The notes beneath the pieces are model-generated. The model made no database searches. It was not told the DNA's origin and worked only from the letters and a program-made list of their open reading frames with translations. Made by a program: the position numbers and the translations under genes. A stretch of DNA of 64,000 bases from NCBI GenBank assembly GCA_965277805.1, contig OZ255842.1:3872001-3936000 (forward strand), in the 5' to 3' direction. Below are positions 1-9,937 of this stretch, piece after piece. This DNA comes from Candidatus Lustribacter sp. (GTDB lineage: Bacteria; Vulcanimicrobiota; Vulcanimicrobiia; Vulcanimicrobiales; Vulcanimicrobiaceae). Within the stretch, counting starts at the first letter, position 1. Every line of letters begins with the position of its first letter.

Positions 1-43
1 TCATACCCGCGTTGTTAGCCCAACGCGGCTTGTTGGCCCCCTC

Positions 44-766
44 TTACGGGGTGGCAAGTACGGCGAAGGATGCGAGGCCTGCGGCCCGGTCTATGCGGCG
101 GCGCGGCAGGGTGTACGGTGCGGCGAGCGAGGTGACGACGCCGGGCCGCTCGGTGAGGGCCGCCTTCATCCCGGCGCGCTGCATCAGGGTGAGCGTCGCC
201 GCATTCCACCGGCCGGCCGGGTACGCGTAGGTCGTCGGCCGTGCCAGGTACCGCGAGAGCGCCGTCACGCAGGCGGACACCTCGTGCGCCGCCGCCTGCG
301 CGCTCACCCGCGAGAGGTCGAGGTGGTGCGTGCCGTGGCAACCGATCTCCATGCCGTTCGCGCGCATCATGCGCAGCTGTTTCCAACCGGCGTGCTTGGC
401 GTCGCCCACGAAACCCGCGCTGATGTAGAAGCTCGCGCGATCGCCGTACTTACGCAAGAGCGGCGTGACGACCGTGGCGCCGTCGGTGTACCCGTCATCG
501 AAGGTGAGGACGACCGCGTTGCGCGGATGCTGACCGCGGCGCAGCGCGTCGGCCAAATCGTTCATCGTGATCGTCCGGATCGAATGCGCGCGCAGCCACG
601 CGAGCTGCGCTTCGAATGCCGACGGCTCGAGCGTCAGCGACTTTCCGACCGCGCCCGGCGGCGTGCGCGGGTCGACCATGTGATACATCAGCACCGGTAC
701 CCCCGCGACGGGCGCGGCAGCGATGGTGCCGGCGAGGATCGCGAGCAGGCAAACGAGACGCATCAA
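44..766 (-). CDS. Secreted polysaccharide deacetylase (CE4/NodB)
   Basis: Signal peptide, VPVLMYH, TFDDG, H-x3-H (CHGTHH) and AYPAG motifs. Confidence 0.9.
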   Translation of the reverse strand: MMRLVCLLAILAGTIAAAPVAGVPVLMYHMVDPRTPPGAVGKSLTLEPSAFEAQLAWLRAHSIRTITMNDLADALRRGQHPRNAVVLTFDDGYTDGATVVTPLLRKYGDRASFYISAGFVGDAKHAGWKQLRMMRANGMEIGCHGTHHLDLSRVSAQAAAHEVSACVTALSRYLARPTTYAYPAGRWNAATLTLMQRAGMKAALTERPGVVTSLAAPYTLPRRRIDRAAGLASFAVLATP

Positions 767-2730
767 GAACCCCCGGGAACGATAACCGCAAGCGCGCGGA
801 AGCGCAACGTTCCGGCCGCGTGCACCGGTGCCCCGCCGAGCGACGGAACGACGTATACCGACGTTAACCTTACGGGCGGATTGAGATCGGGCGGCAGCGC
901 GATCGCGATACGCCGCCAGCCGGTCCAGTCGACGTTCTTGGCCAGCGTGAGCAGCGATTTCTCGCCGTAACGATTGACGAACGACGCGCGCAGCGGCACG
1001 CCGTTGCCGTCGCCGAAGACCTCGAGCGTGAACCGCACCGGTTCGCCGGGCAGCGGTATCACGACGTTCGCATACGCCGCCCGCGCGCTGCCGGTAAAAT
1101 CATACGCGAGCGCCGTTTCCGGATACGCCGGAACGGTGACGGTGTGGTTGCCGACGCGAATGGGCGTCGTCGCCGTCACCGCGCCGAGCGTCGCGGTAGC
1201 AATTGCGTCGCCGGCTTGCGTGTCGTACACGACGCGCGGCCCGCTCGCCGTTTGCGCGCCGAGCATCCAGCGCACGGGCGCGTCGCCGAGCACGATCGGC
1301 GCCCCGCGTTCGTCGGCAGCGGTAACGGTCAGCGGGAGCTGAACGCCGCGCGCGGGATTCGGACGATCGGGCGCGATCGCAAGCGACGTGACGTGGTCGA
1401 CCGTACGATACGCAACCTGGGCCGTCAACGTGCTGCCGCGTTCGCGCACGACCGCGACGTGCGCGCCCAGCGCGGGATCCGCTATCAGCGGCGCAACGTC
1501 GGCAGCGCGCATGCGATGATCGCCGTCATCGACGATCGCGCCGCGCAACGCGACGGCGGCGCCGCGATACGCGATGAACGACGACGGTCGCACGACGAGA
1601 TGCGGATGCGCGCCGATCGGCGCGTCGCTGTACGCCAGCAGCGCATCGGCGACCGGGCGTTCGCGTCCGTCGCTCGGATCGTTGACCACGGCCGGCGCAG
1701 CCTCGCCGAGCGGGCGCGCCACGAGCGTGGCCGAACCGCCGGAATCGAACGCGAGGCCGTCGGTCGCGCCGAAGCCGCGCATCAACGCGCCGAACTCCGG
1801 TCGCGTGAGCCCGACCGACACCGCCGCGTTGCGTCCGTCGGCCACGATCAGCAGCAGCGTACCGTCAGGTTCAAGCGCGGCGCCGGCAACCGGAAAGCGC
1901 ACGTTGCTCTCCTCGGGCGCCGGACTGTACGGATCGACGATCGCAGCGCCGTGCGCAACGAGCAGCGGACCGCCGCCGACGGCAGCTCGCAACTGCTCCG
2001 CCGCGGGCGTCGTGTCGAACGCGAGCGTCACCGTGTCGCCGACGTTCGGCAACGGCCCCAGCGCTTGCGCCGCGGGACCGAAACCGAGCAGCGCACCGGT
2101 GACCGGCCCCGCCGGCGGCGCGCCGACCGCGCTGACGCGATACGTTCCGGGCGATCCGGCCGGCGTATCGACCGGATCGAGCGTCGCGGCGATGACGTTC
2201 GGCCTTGCGCTGAGCGTGCCGTAGGCGGGCGTGAGCAGCGCCGCACCGCCTTGCGGCGGCCACTCGTTGACGCCGGTGAGCGGCAGCTGCGTCGCACCGT
2301 ACGCAACGGTGCCGGCAAAGCTCACGTAGCCGATGCCGACGTCGCCCGTGCTCGACACGTTGAGCGCGGCGCGCTTCGACGGCGTGCGCAGCAGCGCGCC
2401 GTCGCGCACGACGACGTTGAGCGGCTGGTTCGTGTTGCCGATGTCGAAGTAATCGGCGTTGACGCCGGCGACGGCCCCCGTGCGCACGGCCATCGACGAT
2501 ACGGTCTCACCGCTCGAGATCATGTGGTCGCGCGCGACCGCCGTTTCCAACCGCACCGCCGGATCGTGCGTGTCGATCGCGACGACGTGGATCACGAGCG
2601 GACCGGCGTTCGTCGTCAGGCGGTAATCGGCGCGCCGAATGCCCGGCGCAACATCTTCGGGCACCGACCACTGCGCCACGACGAGCGGAAACGGCGCCGG
2701 CGGCGCTAAGGTGACGGGCAGCGCGATCAC
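763..2730 (-). CDS. Phosphodiester glycosidase (NAGPA-like) protein with C-terminal putative carbohydrate-binding domain
   Basis: GVNADYFD, VADGR and AFDSGGSATL motifs; C-terminal VDWTGW beta-sandwich-like region; 4-bp overlaps with both neighbours. Confidence 0.8.
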   Translation of the reverse strand: MIALPVTLAPPAPFPLVVAQWSVPEDVAPGIRRADYRLTTNAGPLVIHVVAIDTHDPAVRLETAVARDHMISSGETVSSMAVRTGAVAGVNADYFDIGNTNQPLNVVVRDGALLRTPSKRAALNVSSTGDVGIGYVSFAGTVAYGATQLPLTGVNEWPPQGGAALLTPAYGTLSARPNVIAATLDPVDTPAGSPGTYRVSAVGAPPAGPVTGALLGFGPAAQALGPLPNVGDTVTLAFDTTPAAEQLRAAVGGGPLLVAHGAAIVDPYSPAPEESNVRFPVAGAALEPDGTLLLIVADGRNAAVSVGLTRPEFGALMRGFGATDGLAFDSGGSATLVARPLGEAAPAVVNDPSDGRERPVADALLAYSDAPIGAHPHLVVRPSSFIAYRGAAVALRGAIVDDGDHRMRAADVAPLIADPALGAHVAVVRERGSTLTAQVAYRTVDHVTSLAIAPDRPNPARGVQLPLTVTAADERGAPIVLGDAPVRWMLGAQTASGPRVVYDTQAGDAIATATLGAVTATTPIRVGNHTVTVPAYPETALAYDFTGSARAAYANVVIPLPGEPVRFTLEVFGDGNGVPLRASFVNRYGEKSLLTLAKNVDWTGWRRIAIALPPDLNPPVRLTSVYVVPSLGGAPVHAAGTLRFRALAVIVPGGS

Positions 2731-4811
2731 GGTTTGCTCAGCGGGGTCGGTTCGACGTGGGGCCGCGGGGCGGTGACGATCGTTCCGAGCGGCGCCGTGC
2801 TATAGACGAACAAGGCGTCGGTGACGTAGCGCTCTTCGCTGAAGTCCGACGGCGTATTGCGCACGGTCGTCGCGCTATTGCCCGGCGCGCGCGAAACGAG
2901 CGTCACCGAACCGCCGGAATCGAGCGCCATCGCATCGATCATGCCGTAGCCGCGCAACAGCTCGCCGAACTCGGGCCGCGTCATGCCGATCGAGCGTTCC
3001 GGATGACGGCCGTCGACCGATGCGAACATCAGCGTGCCGTCGGGCATCGTGCCGATCGCGATCACCGGCCATTGCACGTCACGCTCGTCGGGCGCAGGCG
3101 CGTGCTTGTCTTCGTACCATTGCCCGTCTTTGAGCAGCAACGGACCCGAACCGATGCCGGCCACCGCGCCCGGCACCGGCGGATCGATCGCATAGCTGAG
3201 ATCGATCACATCTCCGGGCTTCGGCAGCGGCTCGCGTGCCAGCGGGCCGAAGCCGATGCCCCACGTCACCGGGGTCGCGACCGTCATCGGATGCAGGGAG
3301 AGTACGCGGTAGCGCGTATCGCCGAGCGGCTGCAGCGCGGCGAACGTCACGCCGGGCGCCGCCGGCAGCGTCTTGCCGAAATCGGGAGTAATAATCACCG
3401 CATCGCGCGTCGGCCACGAGTTGAAGAGCGTGACCGGATAGGAGCGCGTGCCGTCGACGGCTTTGGCGCGCAGATGGAAGCGCGCGAACGTGGGTTTGTT
3501 CGTGCGATCGAAGATCACCGCTTCGTGATCGGTCGGGCCGTGATAGAGCACGCCGGACTTGATCAGCAATCCCTGCGGTTCGTAGGTGCGGCCGATGTCG
3601 AAGTAGTCGCCGTTCGCGCCGGCGACCGCGTGCGTGCGCAGCGCGAGGTCGGACGTGCGTTCGCCGGTCGAGATGATGTGATCGTGCGAGAGCGCGGTGT
3701 CGAAGTGCAGCGTCGGTTCCTTCGGATCGATTGCGATCAACTGGATAACGTGCGGAACCGCTTTGGTCGTCATCGCGTACTGGCCGAACGTGATACCCGG
3801 CGCCGTCGTCTCGACGTTCATCCAGCGCAGGTTCGGCTGTTGCGCGATCAGCCCGAACATGTGCGCGAGCGCGCGCAGATCGCGCGTTCCCGAGCCGAAG
3901 ATTCGCCCCCAATCGATGCCGTCGTGCACTTCGCCGACCGCCGCCACCGGCGTGCCGTCATCGAGGATGGCGTCGAGGCCGGTGCTGCCCACGCCGTCGG
4001 GCGCGACCGTCACGTTGCCGGTCAGCGCGTGCAGCGCGTGCCCCTGAATCGAACCGCGAACGCCGTCGAGCGCGAGCCTGCCGTGCAACCCGTCCGCCGA
4101 CGTGAACGCGACCTTATGTGCTTCGCCGGCGCTCAAGACCACGTCGGGGTTGGCGAACAATGCGGCGACCGGCGCAACCGGCAACGCGTCTGCGGTCAAA
4201 TGCTGCTCGACGTTCTGCCCGTCGTCGACCGCGTTCGCGCTGAACGGATACGCCGTATCGCCGATGACGTTGCCGTGCAGATCGTAGGTGAGGTGCGTGG
4301 CCGCATCGAGCGTACCGTTCAAGCCGGCGACCTCCAGCTTGGCTGCACCGGTGCTGCGTACCAGCGACAGCGTCGCATTATTCAAGCGGACGTGCAGATG
4401 GGCGAGATTGAGCGTGTGCGCGGCACTCGGCGCACCGTTCAGTTCATCGCCCGTCACGCGATCGACGGCAACCGTAACGTGCAGACCGGTCGGACGCACG
4501 TCCCAAGCGTCACCGTTGACCGCATAGGCGACGCGATCGGCCGTGACCGTTGCCGATCCGCTTGCGGTCTGCGCACTCACGCCTTCCAGGATCGTGAGCC
4601 CGTCTTCACGGCGCAGATTTGCGATCGTGGCGTTGCCGCCGACGGCACCCGACAACGCCCGCTCGACGACCATCTTCTCGATCGCATCGTGCGCCGCGGC
4701 CGCGAACGCGATGAGGAAGATGACGATGCACGCGCCGATGACGGCGTAGCGATGCCACGTGGGCCGAGGGAACGTGCGCTTCGCTGAAGCAACACCGCTT
4801 TTGATGGTCAC
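2727..4811 (-). CDS. Membrane-anchored phosphodiester glycosidase (NAGPA-like) with long N-terminal beta-rich region
   Basis: N-terminal TM helix; GANGDYFD, SVDGR and ALDSGGSVTL motifs. Start uncertain (GTG 4811 or ATG 4847). Confidence 0.75.
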   Translation of the reverse strand: MTIKSGVASAKRTFPRPTWHRYAVIGACIVIFLIAFAAAAHDAIEKMVVERALSGAVGGNATIANLRREDGLTILEGVSAQTASGSATVTADRVAYAVNGDAWDVRPTGLHVTVAVDRVTGDELNGAPSAAHTLNLAHLHVRLNNATLSLVRSTGAAKLEVAGLNGTLDAATHLTYDLHGNVIGDTAYPFSANAVDDGQNVEQHLTADALPVAPVAALFANPDVVLSAGEAHKVAFTSADGLHGRLALDGVRGSIQGHALHALTGNVTVAPDGVGSTGLDAILDDGTPVAAVGEVHDGIDWGRIFGSGTRDLRALAHMFGLIAQQPNLRWMNVETTAPGITFGQYAMTTKAVPHVIQLIAIDPKEPTLHFDTALSHDHIISTGERTSDLALRTHAVAGANGDYFDIGRTYEPQGLLIKSGVLYHGPTDHEAVIFDRTNKPTFARFHLRAKAVDGTRSYPVTLFNSWPTRDAVIITPDFGKTLPAAPGVTFAALQPLGDTRYRVLSLHPMTVATPVTWGIGFGPLAREPLPKPGDVIDLSYAIDPPVPGAVAGIGSGPLLLKDGQWYEDKHAPAPDERDVQWPVIAIGTMPDGTLMFASVDGRHPERSIGMTRPEFGELLRGYGMIDAMALDSGGSVTLVSRAPGNSATTVRNTPSDFSEERYVTDALFVYSTAPLGTIVTAPRPHVEPTPLSKP

Positions 4812-5589
4812 CCGCTTCCTCGCCTGGACGGCCTTCGTTTGCTTCATGCTGATGGCAGCACCCGTAAGGGGAGCGAGTGACGGACTTCCGCAGATCGCTT
4901 CCGGTGGACGAACGCCGTACGTCGCCGTCATCGTGTGGCACGACGTCGTTCCGGCGAAGGAACTTTGGTTCGACACCCCGCTCGATACCTTCAAAACGCA
5001 GCTCGCCGCGATCGCGCGCGGCGGCTATCACGTGATCACGCTCGAGACGTTGCGCGCGCACCTCGAGCACGGCGCACCGTTACCGGGCAAGCCGCTCGCC
5101 TTGACCTTCGATGACAACGGCCACGGCATCTACGAAAACGCCTTCCCGTTGCTACGGCAGTATCATTATCCCGCCACAATGTTCGTGCACTCGAACTTCG
5201 TCGGCACGACGACGCACGGCAAGCGGCACACGACCTGGCCGCAGTTGCTCGAGATGTCGCGCAGCGGCATCATGACGATCCAGAGCCTCACCGCCAATCA
5301 TCCGCCCGATCTGCGGCAGCTCAGCGACGCGGATGTGGTGCACGAGCTCACGCTCTCGCGCACGTCGCTGCAGTATCACCTCGGCCATAAGATCTACGCG
5401 CTCGTCTATCCCGAAGACAACTACGACGAACGGCTCGAGAAGCTCGCCGCAGCCAACGGCTACGACATGGCGTTCATCGAGGATTGGGGCAGCGCCGGCG
5501 AATCCGCCAACCTGCTGGAAATCCACCGCTACTCCGCCCTCACCCGCTTCCCCCAAGCCCTATCGGACGTCGCAGCCGGCCATAGCTAA
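4804..5589 (+). CDS. Polysaccharide deacetylase family protein with atypical metal motif
   Basis: Signal peptide, VIVWHDV, LTFDDN, QSLTANHP, VYPED; start 4804 or 4846. Confidence 0.8.
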   Translation: MVTRFLAWTAFVCFMLMAAPVRGASDGLPQIASGGRTPYVAVIVWHDVVPAKELWFDTPLDTFKTQLAAIARGGYHVITLETLRAHLEHGAPLPGKPLALTFDDNGHGIYENAFPLLRQYHYPATMFVHSNFVGTTTHGKRHTTWPQLLEMSRSGIMTIQSLTANHPPDLRQLSDADVVHELTLSRTSLQYHLGHKIYALVYPEDNYDERLEKLAAANGYDMAFIEDWGSAGESANLLEIHRYSALTRFPQALSDVAAGHS

Positions 5590-8018
5590 TTTGTGCGGAT
5601 CGAAGCGGCTAACTTGACTGCCTGATCTTCATCGTCATGCGCTCCACGTTCTAGGAGCATTGCTCGCAACGCGCTGGAAAGACCCGTGTCCAGGGCGCTC
5701 ATCAGAAGCTCACGAGGCCGCGCCTCGGTTTTCCCGAGAACAATGCCGAGTTGCGAAAAACGGCGTTCGACGAAGCCGGTCAAACGAGCTGCTGATTCAA
5801 GCTCGCCGTTTAGGGCTGCCACGGTCGCCAGATGCTGCAGCGCGACCAAAACGATTAGCTGGTCGCTCCCGCGCGCCGCCGCGACCGCCATCGTGCCCGC
5901 GGTATGCGCTCCCGGCAGGTCGCCCGCGACGATGCGATATCCCGCAAGATTGCAAAGGAGGTACATCTCATCTCGTCGCGAGCCGGAGCGGTTCGCATCT
6001 TCGAGCGCCGCCTCTGCAGCGGCGATTGCTGCCGGCACGTTACCAGAGAGGTATTCGACGTCGGCCAAATAGTGCCCGATATGCGAAAGATAGAATTCTT
6101 CGTCAAGTGCCCTGCAGAACTCGAGAGCAATTAAAAAGTCGGCTCGGGCGTCTGACAGTCTTGCGCAGTCCTTTGCAATGCACGCACGTTCCATATGCGT
6201 GTGCATTGCCAGGCGAGGGCGGCGCTTCGGCGTTTTCTCGATGCCTGCGAATGCCTGTTCGAGTACGCGCTCAGCCTGTTCGAACTCACCCAATTGCCGT
6301 AACCTCGAAGAGAGGTTAATGAGGAGCATTACCTCTCCATCCCCACCAAGCGCCCGATCGAAATCAACGGCGCGGCGTGCAAGCTCCACGCCTGCAGATC
6401 GTTCGACAATACGAGATCGAAATTCCAGGACGTCAACAACCGTCCAAGACACCTCGTTTAAGTCGACCGTTGGGGAGAGCTCATCGAAATAGCCGCGTAA
6501 CTCTTCATCAAGTCCGCTCTCGTACCAGAGCGAGCGCAGTCCGCAAACGATCTCCAGCGCGTCGGCTTGGCGGCCTCTTTCGCCCATCGTCCACCGAAGC
6601 GCACTTCGAATATTATCTAACTCAGGATAGAACGCGCTGCGCCAGTCGGAGCGGTTCGTAAAAGAGCGCAACCCAACGGCATGCCGGGCCAAGCCGGCAA
6701 CCCATGAGGCATGCCGATCGGCAATGGCTCGGTGTTCGCCGGCTTCCTCGGCCTTTGCCTTGGCAAATGCGCAATGAACCTGCAACATTGAGTACCGCGG
6801 AATCTCTTGAGCCAGATTGCATTGGACGAGCGCCTTTTCGAAGAGCGCACTCATTGCGTCTCGCACGTTCGATTCGGAAAGCGCATCGTCAGAACATACG
6901 GTTTGCGCCGCTTCAAGGGTCCATCCGCCGGAGAACGCGCTCAGCCGTCGATAGAGTGTCCGCTCGCTAAATCCGAGCGAGGAGAAGCTCCAGTCCAGTG
7001 TGGCTTGCATCGTTCGCTGACGAGGTGGCAGATCGCGGTTGCCAACCAGATTTAGTCCGACGCTTTTCGAAACCTCATCACGTAGTGCTTCGAGCCCGCC
7101 TGGAGTAACACGCGATGCGACGATTTCGATCGCGAGCGGGATTCCGTCTACCGCCCGGCAGATGTCGGCGATCGCAGATAGCCGGACCGGCATTGCAACC
7201 TCCGGCGCCATCACGCTAGCCCTTTCGATGAACAGCTGAACGGCCGGCGAGTGTCGTAAGACTTCGACATTGCTCGTAGCCGGTGGAATCGGCAACGGCG
7301 CGAGTGGATAGACGGCTTCGCCTGCGATGCGTAAGCGCTCTCGGCTGGTCGCCAAGATTGCCACCGAAGGACACGCTTCGCGAAGTCTGCTCGCGAGCGT
7401 TGCGGCGGCTCCGATGACGTGCTCGCAATTGTCAAGCACGATCAAGAGATCTCGCTCGCGGAGCGCAGCGGCGATACGTTCGACCCCTTTGGCACCGGCT
7501 CGGACATCGATGCCAAAAATTCCGCCGACGACGGTCGCTACGTCAGCCTCATTACTTCGCGACCCAAGATCGGCAAACCAGAGGCCGTCTTTTTTCCTTC
7601 CCCCGAAGCCGTGCGCGACCGCAAGTGCCGTGCGTGTCTTTCCGACGCCTCCGTCTCCCGTGATGGTAACGATCTTCAAGCGCCCCAGCATATCGGAAAT
7701 GGCGGCCACATCGCCTTGCCGTCCAAAAAATGAGTCTGCTTCAACGGGAAGGTTTGACATCGTTCGCGCCGGCTCCGACGCCCTGTTCTGCGCGGGCTTA
7801 CGCTGCGCCGACGCCTCGAAGTCCGCCCGCTCGATGCCCGACAGGCCCAATACATCGGCCAGCATCGCTACGGTTGCCCGGTGAGGAACTCCGCGGATAC
7901 CGCGTTCGTACGCGCTCACCGCAGCCGGACTGATTTGAGCGAGTTCCGCTAGCGCTTCCTGCGACAGGCTCGCTTCGAGGCGCCACTTCCGCAAGAGCAG
8001 CCCGAACGTAAACGACAC
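5586..8018 (-). CDS. XRE-type HTH + STAND/NB-ARC-like ATPase + TPR regulator
   Basis: LSQEALAE...AYERG HTH, Walker A GDGGVGKT, Walker B LIVLDNCEH, DGIPLAIE, helical C-terminal repeats. Confidence 0.85.
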   Translation of the reverse strand: MSFTFGLLLRKWRLEASLSQEALAELAQISPAAVSAYERGIRGVPHRATVAMLADVLGLSGIERADFEASAQRKPAQNRASEPARTMSNLPVEADSFFGRQGDVAAISDMLGRLKIVTITGDGGVGKTRTALAVAHGFGGRKKDGLWFADLGSRSNEADVATVVGGIFGIDVRAGAKGVERIAAALRERDLLIVLDNCEHVIGAAATLASRLREACPSVAILATSRERLRIAGEAVYPLAPLPIPPATSNVEVLRHSPAVQLFIERASVMAPEVAMPVRLSAIADICRAVDGIPLAIEIVASRVTPGGLEALRDEVSKSVGLNLVGNRDLPPRQRTMQATLDWSFSSLGFSERTLYRRLSAFSGGWTLEAAQTVCSDDALSESNVRDAMSALFEKALVQCNLAQEIPRYSMLQVHCAFAKAKAEEAGEHRAIADRHASWVAGLARHAVGLRSFTNRSDWRSAFYPELDNIRSALRWTMGERGRQADALEIVCGLRSLWYESGLDEELRGYFDELSPTVDLNEVSWTVVDVLEFRSRIVERSAGVELARRAVDFDRALGGDGEVMLLINLSSRLRQLGEFEQAERVLEQAFAGIEKTPKRRPRLAMHTHMERACIAKDCARLSDARADFLIALEFCRALDEEFYLSHIGHYLADVEYLSGNVPAAIAAAEAALEDANRSGSRRDEMYLLCNLAGYRIVAGDLPGAHTAGTMAVAAARGSDQLIVLVALQHLATVAALNGELESAARLTGFVERRFSQLGIVLGKTEARPRELLMSALDTGLSSALRAMLLERGAHDDEDQAVKLAASIRTN

Positions 8019-8238
8019 GTGGCTCCATCTTCGCCGCCGCGATTCCGCGACGATTGTATGAATCGTCTGTGTTCCATTCCCCGTCGCCCCGATATCGTGG
8101 AGGACACAGACGCTACGCTCTGTTCTTTACGACTCGCTGCTTTTCCGCGGAGGTCATGCCGTGACTCCTAGTTTCAACGCGCCCTCGCGCACGACCGCCG
8201 CCGCATCACCACCCACTACCGCACAAGGAGCATCCAAA

Positions 8239-9057
8239 ATGTTTTTCACGCTCAAAGACGGGACCGAACTCTTCTACAAAGACTGGGGTACCGGGAAACC
8301 GCTTTTCTTTCATCACGGCTGGCCGCTAAGCGCCGACGACTGGGACACGCAGATGATGTTCTTCTTACAGCGTGGCTATCGCGTCATCGCACACGACCGC
8401 CGAGGGCACGGCCGGTCGACGCAAACGGCCACAGGGAACGACATGGACACCTACGCTTCCGACGTTGCAGAACTCGTCCGATCGCTCGATCTTCGGGACG
8501 CCATTCATATTGGGCATTCGACCGGCGGCGGCGAAGTGACGCGCTACGTCGCGCGCCATGGCAACGGTCGCGTTCGGAAGGCCGTCATCATTAGCGCGAT
8601 ACCGCCGGTCCTCATCAAGTCCGAGTCGAACCCGGAAGGCGTCCCGCGGGAAGCGATCGACGGAATTCGCGAAGGCACCGCCTACAATCGCGCGCAGTTC
8701 TACCAGGACATCACCATTCCGTTTTACGGTTACAACCGCCCCGGGGCCAAGATCTCGCAGGGCATTCGCGACAACTGGTGGCGTCAAGGCATGATGGGCG
8801 GCATCAAAGCCCACTACGATTGCGTCAAAGTGTTCTCAGAAACCGACTTTCACGAAGATCTCAAGCTCATCGACGTCCCCGTGCTGGTGATGCATGGCGA
8901 AGACGATCAAATCGCGCCATTCCTTGCGACCGGCGCAAAATCGGTGAAATTGCTGAAGCACGGAACGCTCAAGTCATATCCCGGATTCTGTCACGGGATG
9001 CCGGCCACGAACGCGGAGCAAATCAACGCCGACCTGCTCGCGTTTATCGAGGCCTGA
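8239..9057 (+). CDS. Non-heme chloroperoxidase-like alpha/beta hydrolase
   Basis: YKDWG, HHGWPL, HDRRGHGRS, GHSTGG nucleophile, HGEDDQ; AAGGAG RBS before ATG 8239. Confidence 0.9.
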   Translation: MFFTLKDGTELFYKDWGTGKPLFFHHGWPLSADDWDTQMMFFLQRGYRVIAHDRRGHGRSTQTATGNDMDTYASDVAELVRSLDLRDAIHIGHSTGGGEVTRYVARHGNGRVRKAVIISAIPPVLIKSESNPEGVPREAIDGIREGTAYNRAQFYQDITIPFYGYNRPGAKISQGIRDNWWRQGMMGGIKAHYDCVKVFSETDFHEDLKLIDVPVLVMHGEDDQIAPFLATGAKSVKLLKHGTLKSYPGFCHGMPATNAEQINADLLAFIEA

Positions 9058-9075
9058 CGCCTCTTGCGCGGCATA

Positions 9076-9918
9076 TTAAAGCCAAATGCCGGTGATCGGC
9101 GCCGCAGTGGCGGCTTTGCCGCTGAGGGGTAAGCCGTAGAGGTCTTCGAGCGTGCGCAGGACGTTGTAGTGGTTGATGCGCTGCGGGTAGCGGCCGGCAC
9201 GGATCATCGGGCCGACGAACATTGTCGGTATCGAGTTGACCGCATCGTAGCCTTCATCCCACGTGAAGATGACCAGCGTGTCGTGCGTCGCCGCCCACTT
9301 CAAGAGCGGCGTCAGATGCGCGGCGGCCCAATCGTCGCCTTCCTTGACCGTGCCGCTGTGCATGTCGTCGTCGACGTCGGGAACGATGAACGTCACCGTC
9401 GGTAATTGGTCGAACGACGTTAGGTCGTCGAGCGGGCGATGCAGTTGCTGCGGGATGTTGGTGAAGTGCGTCCATGGCGCGTGTTTTTGCGCGTACGTCC
9501 CGGCCCAACAGCCTACGAAGCCGGCCTTCGGTAACGCTTCGGAATACGCGACGAACGTAAGGTGTGCGGCGAGCAGTTCGCTCGCGATGTTCGGTGCATC
9601 CGCAGGAACGTCGCGCGCGGGGCAACCGTCGCCATTGGTATTCGTGAGGCCGGCGAAGAGCGCGAAGTAGTTCGGTTGGCTCGGGTGCATGACGCCGTAT
9701 GCGTGCGTGAACAACGCGCCCGACCGCGCGACCGTGGCGAGATAGGGTGCGTTGCCGCTCTCGACGACTTGCGCGAGCGTGTGGTTCTCTTCAATGACGA
9801 CCACAACGTGCGCCGGCCGCGGCAACGTCGCGGCTCGCGCGCCGCTTCCGAATAGTAACGCCACGATGAGCGCGACCACGATGAAGGCGGCCCCTCGACA
9901 AGCTCGGGGTGACATCAC
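9076..9918 (-). CDS. Secreted acid phosphatase / phosphoesterase family protein
   Basis: VVVVIEENH, HPSQPNY, KHAPW, DMHSG, TWDE motifs; start uncertain because it overlaps a repeat. Confidence 0.85.
   Translation of the reverse strand: MMSPRACRGAAFIVVALIVALLFGSGARAATLPRPAHVVVVIEENHTLAQVVESGNAPYLATVARSGALFTHAYGVMHPSQPNYFALFAGLTNTNGDGCPARDVPADAPNIASELLAAHLTFVAYSEALPKAGFVGCWAGTYAQKHAPWTHFTNIPQQLHRPLDDLTSFDQLPTVTFIVPDVDDDMHSGTVKEGDDWAAAHLTPLLKWAATHDTLVIFTWDEGYDAVNSIPTMFVGPMIRAGRYPQRINHYNVLRTLEDLYGLPLSGKAATAAPITGIWL
9892..9914. repeat. REP-like dispersed repeat, copy 1
   Basis: ccctcgacaagctcggggtgaca; near-identical to copies at 12859, 41401, 56314 and 60105. Confidence 0.85.
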
Positions 9919-9937
9919 ATCTCCACTCGCGGCCGCG

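Noticed and set aside
7-28. Hairpin ccgcgttg/caacgcgg and a possible minus-strand ATG at position 4
   Set aside because: Window edge; too little context
1144-4787. Long antisense ORFs (1144-2709, 2757-4787; likewise 35070-36956, 58561-60132 and others)
   Set aside because: Arg/Ala-rich shadow frames of real genes, expected in high-GC DNA; no motifs
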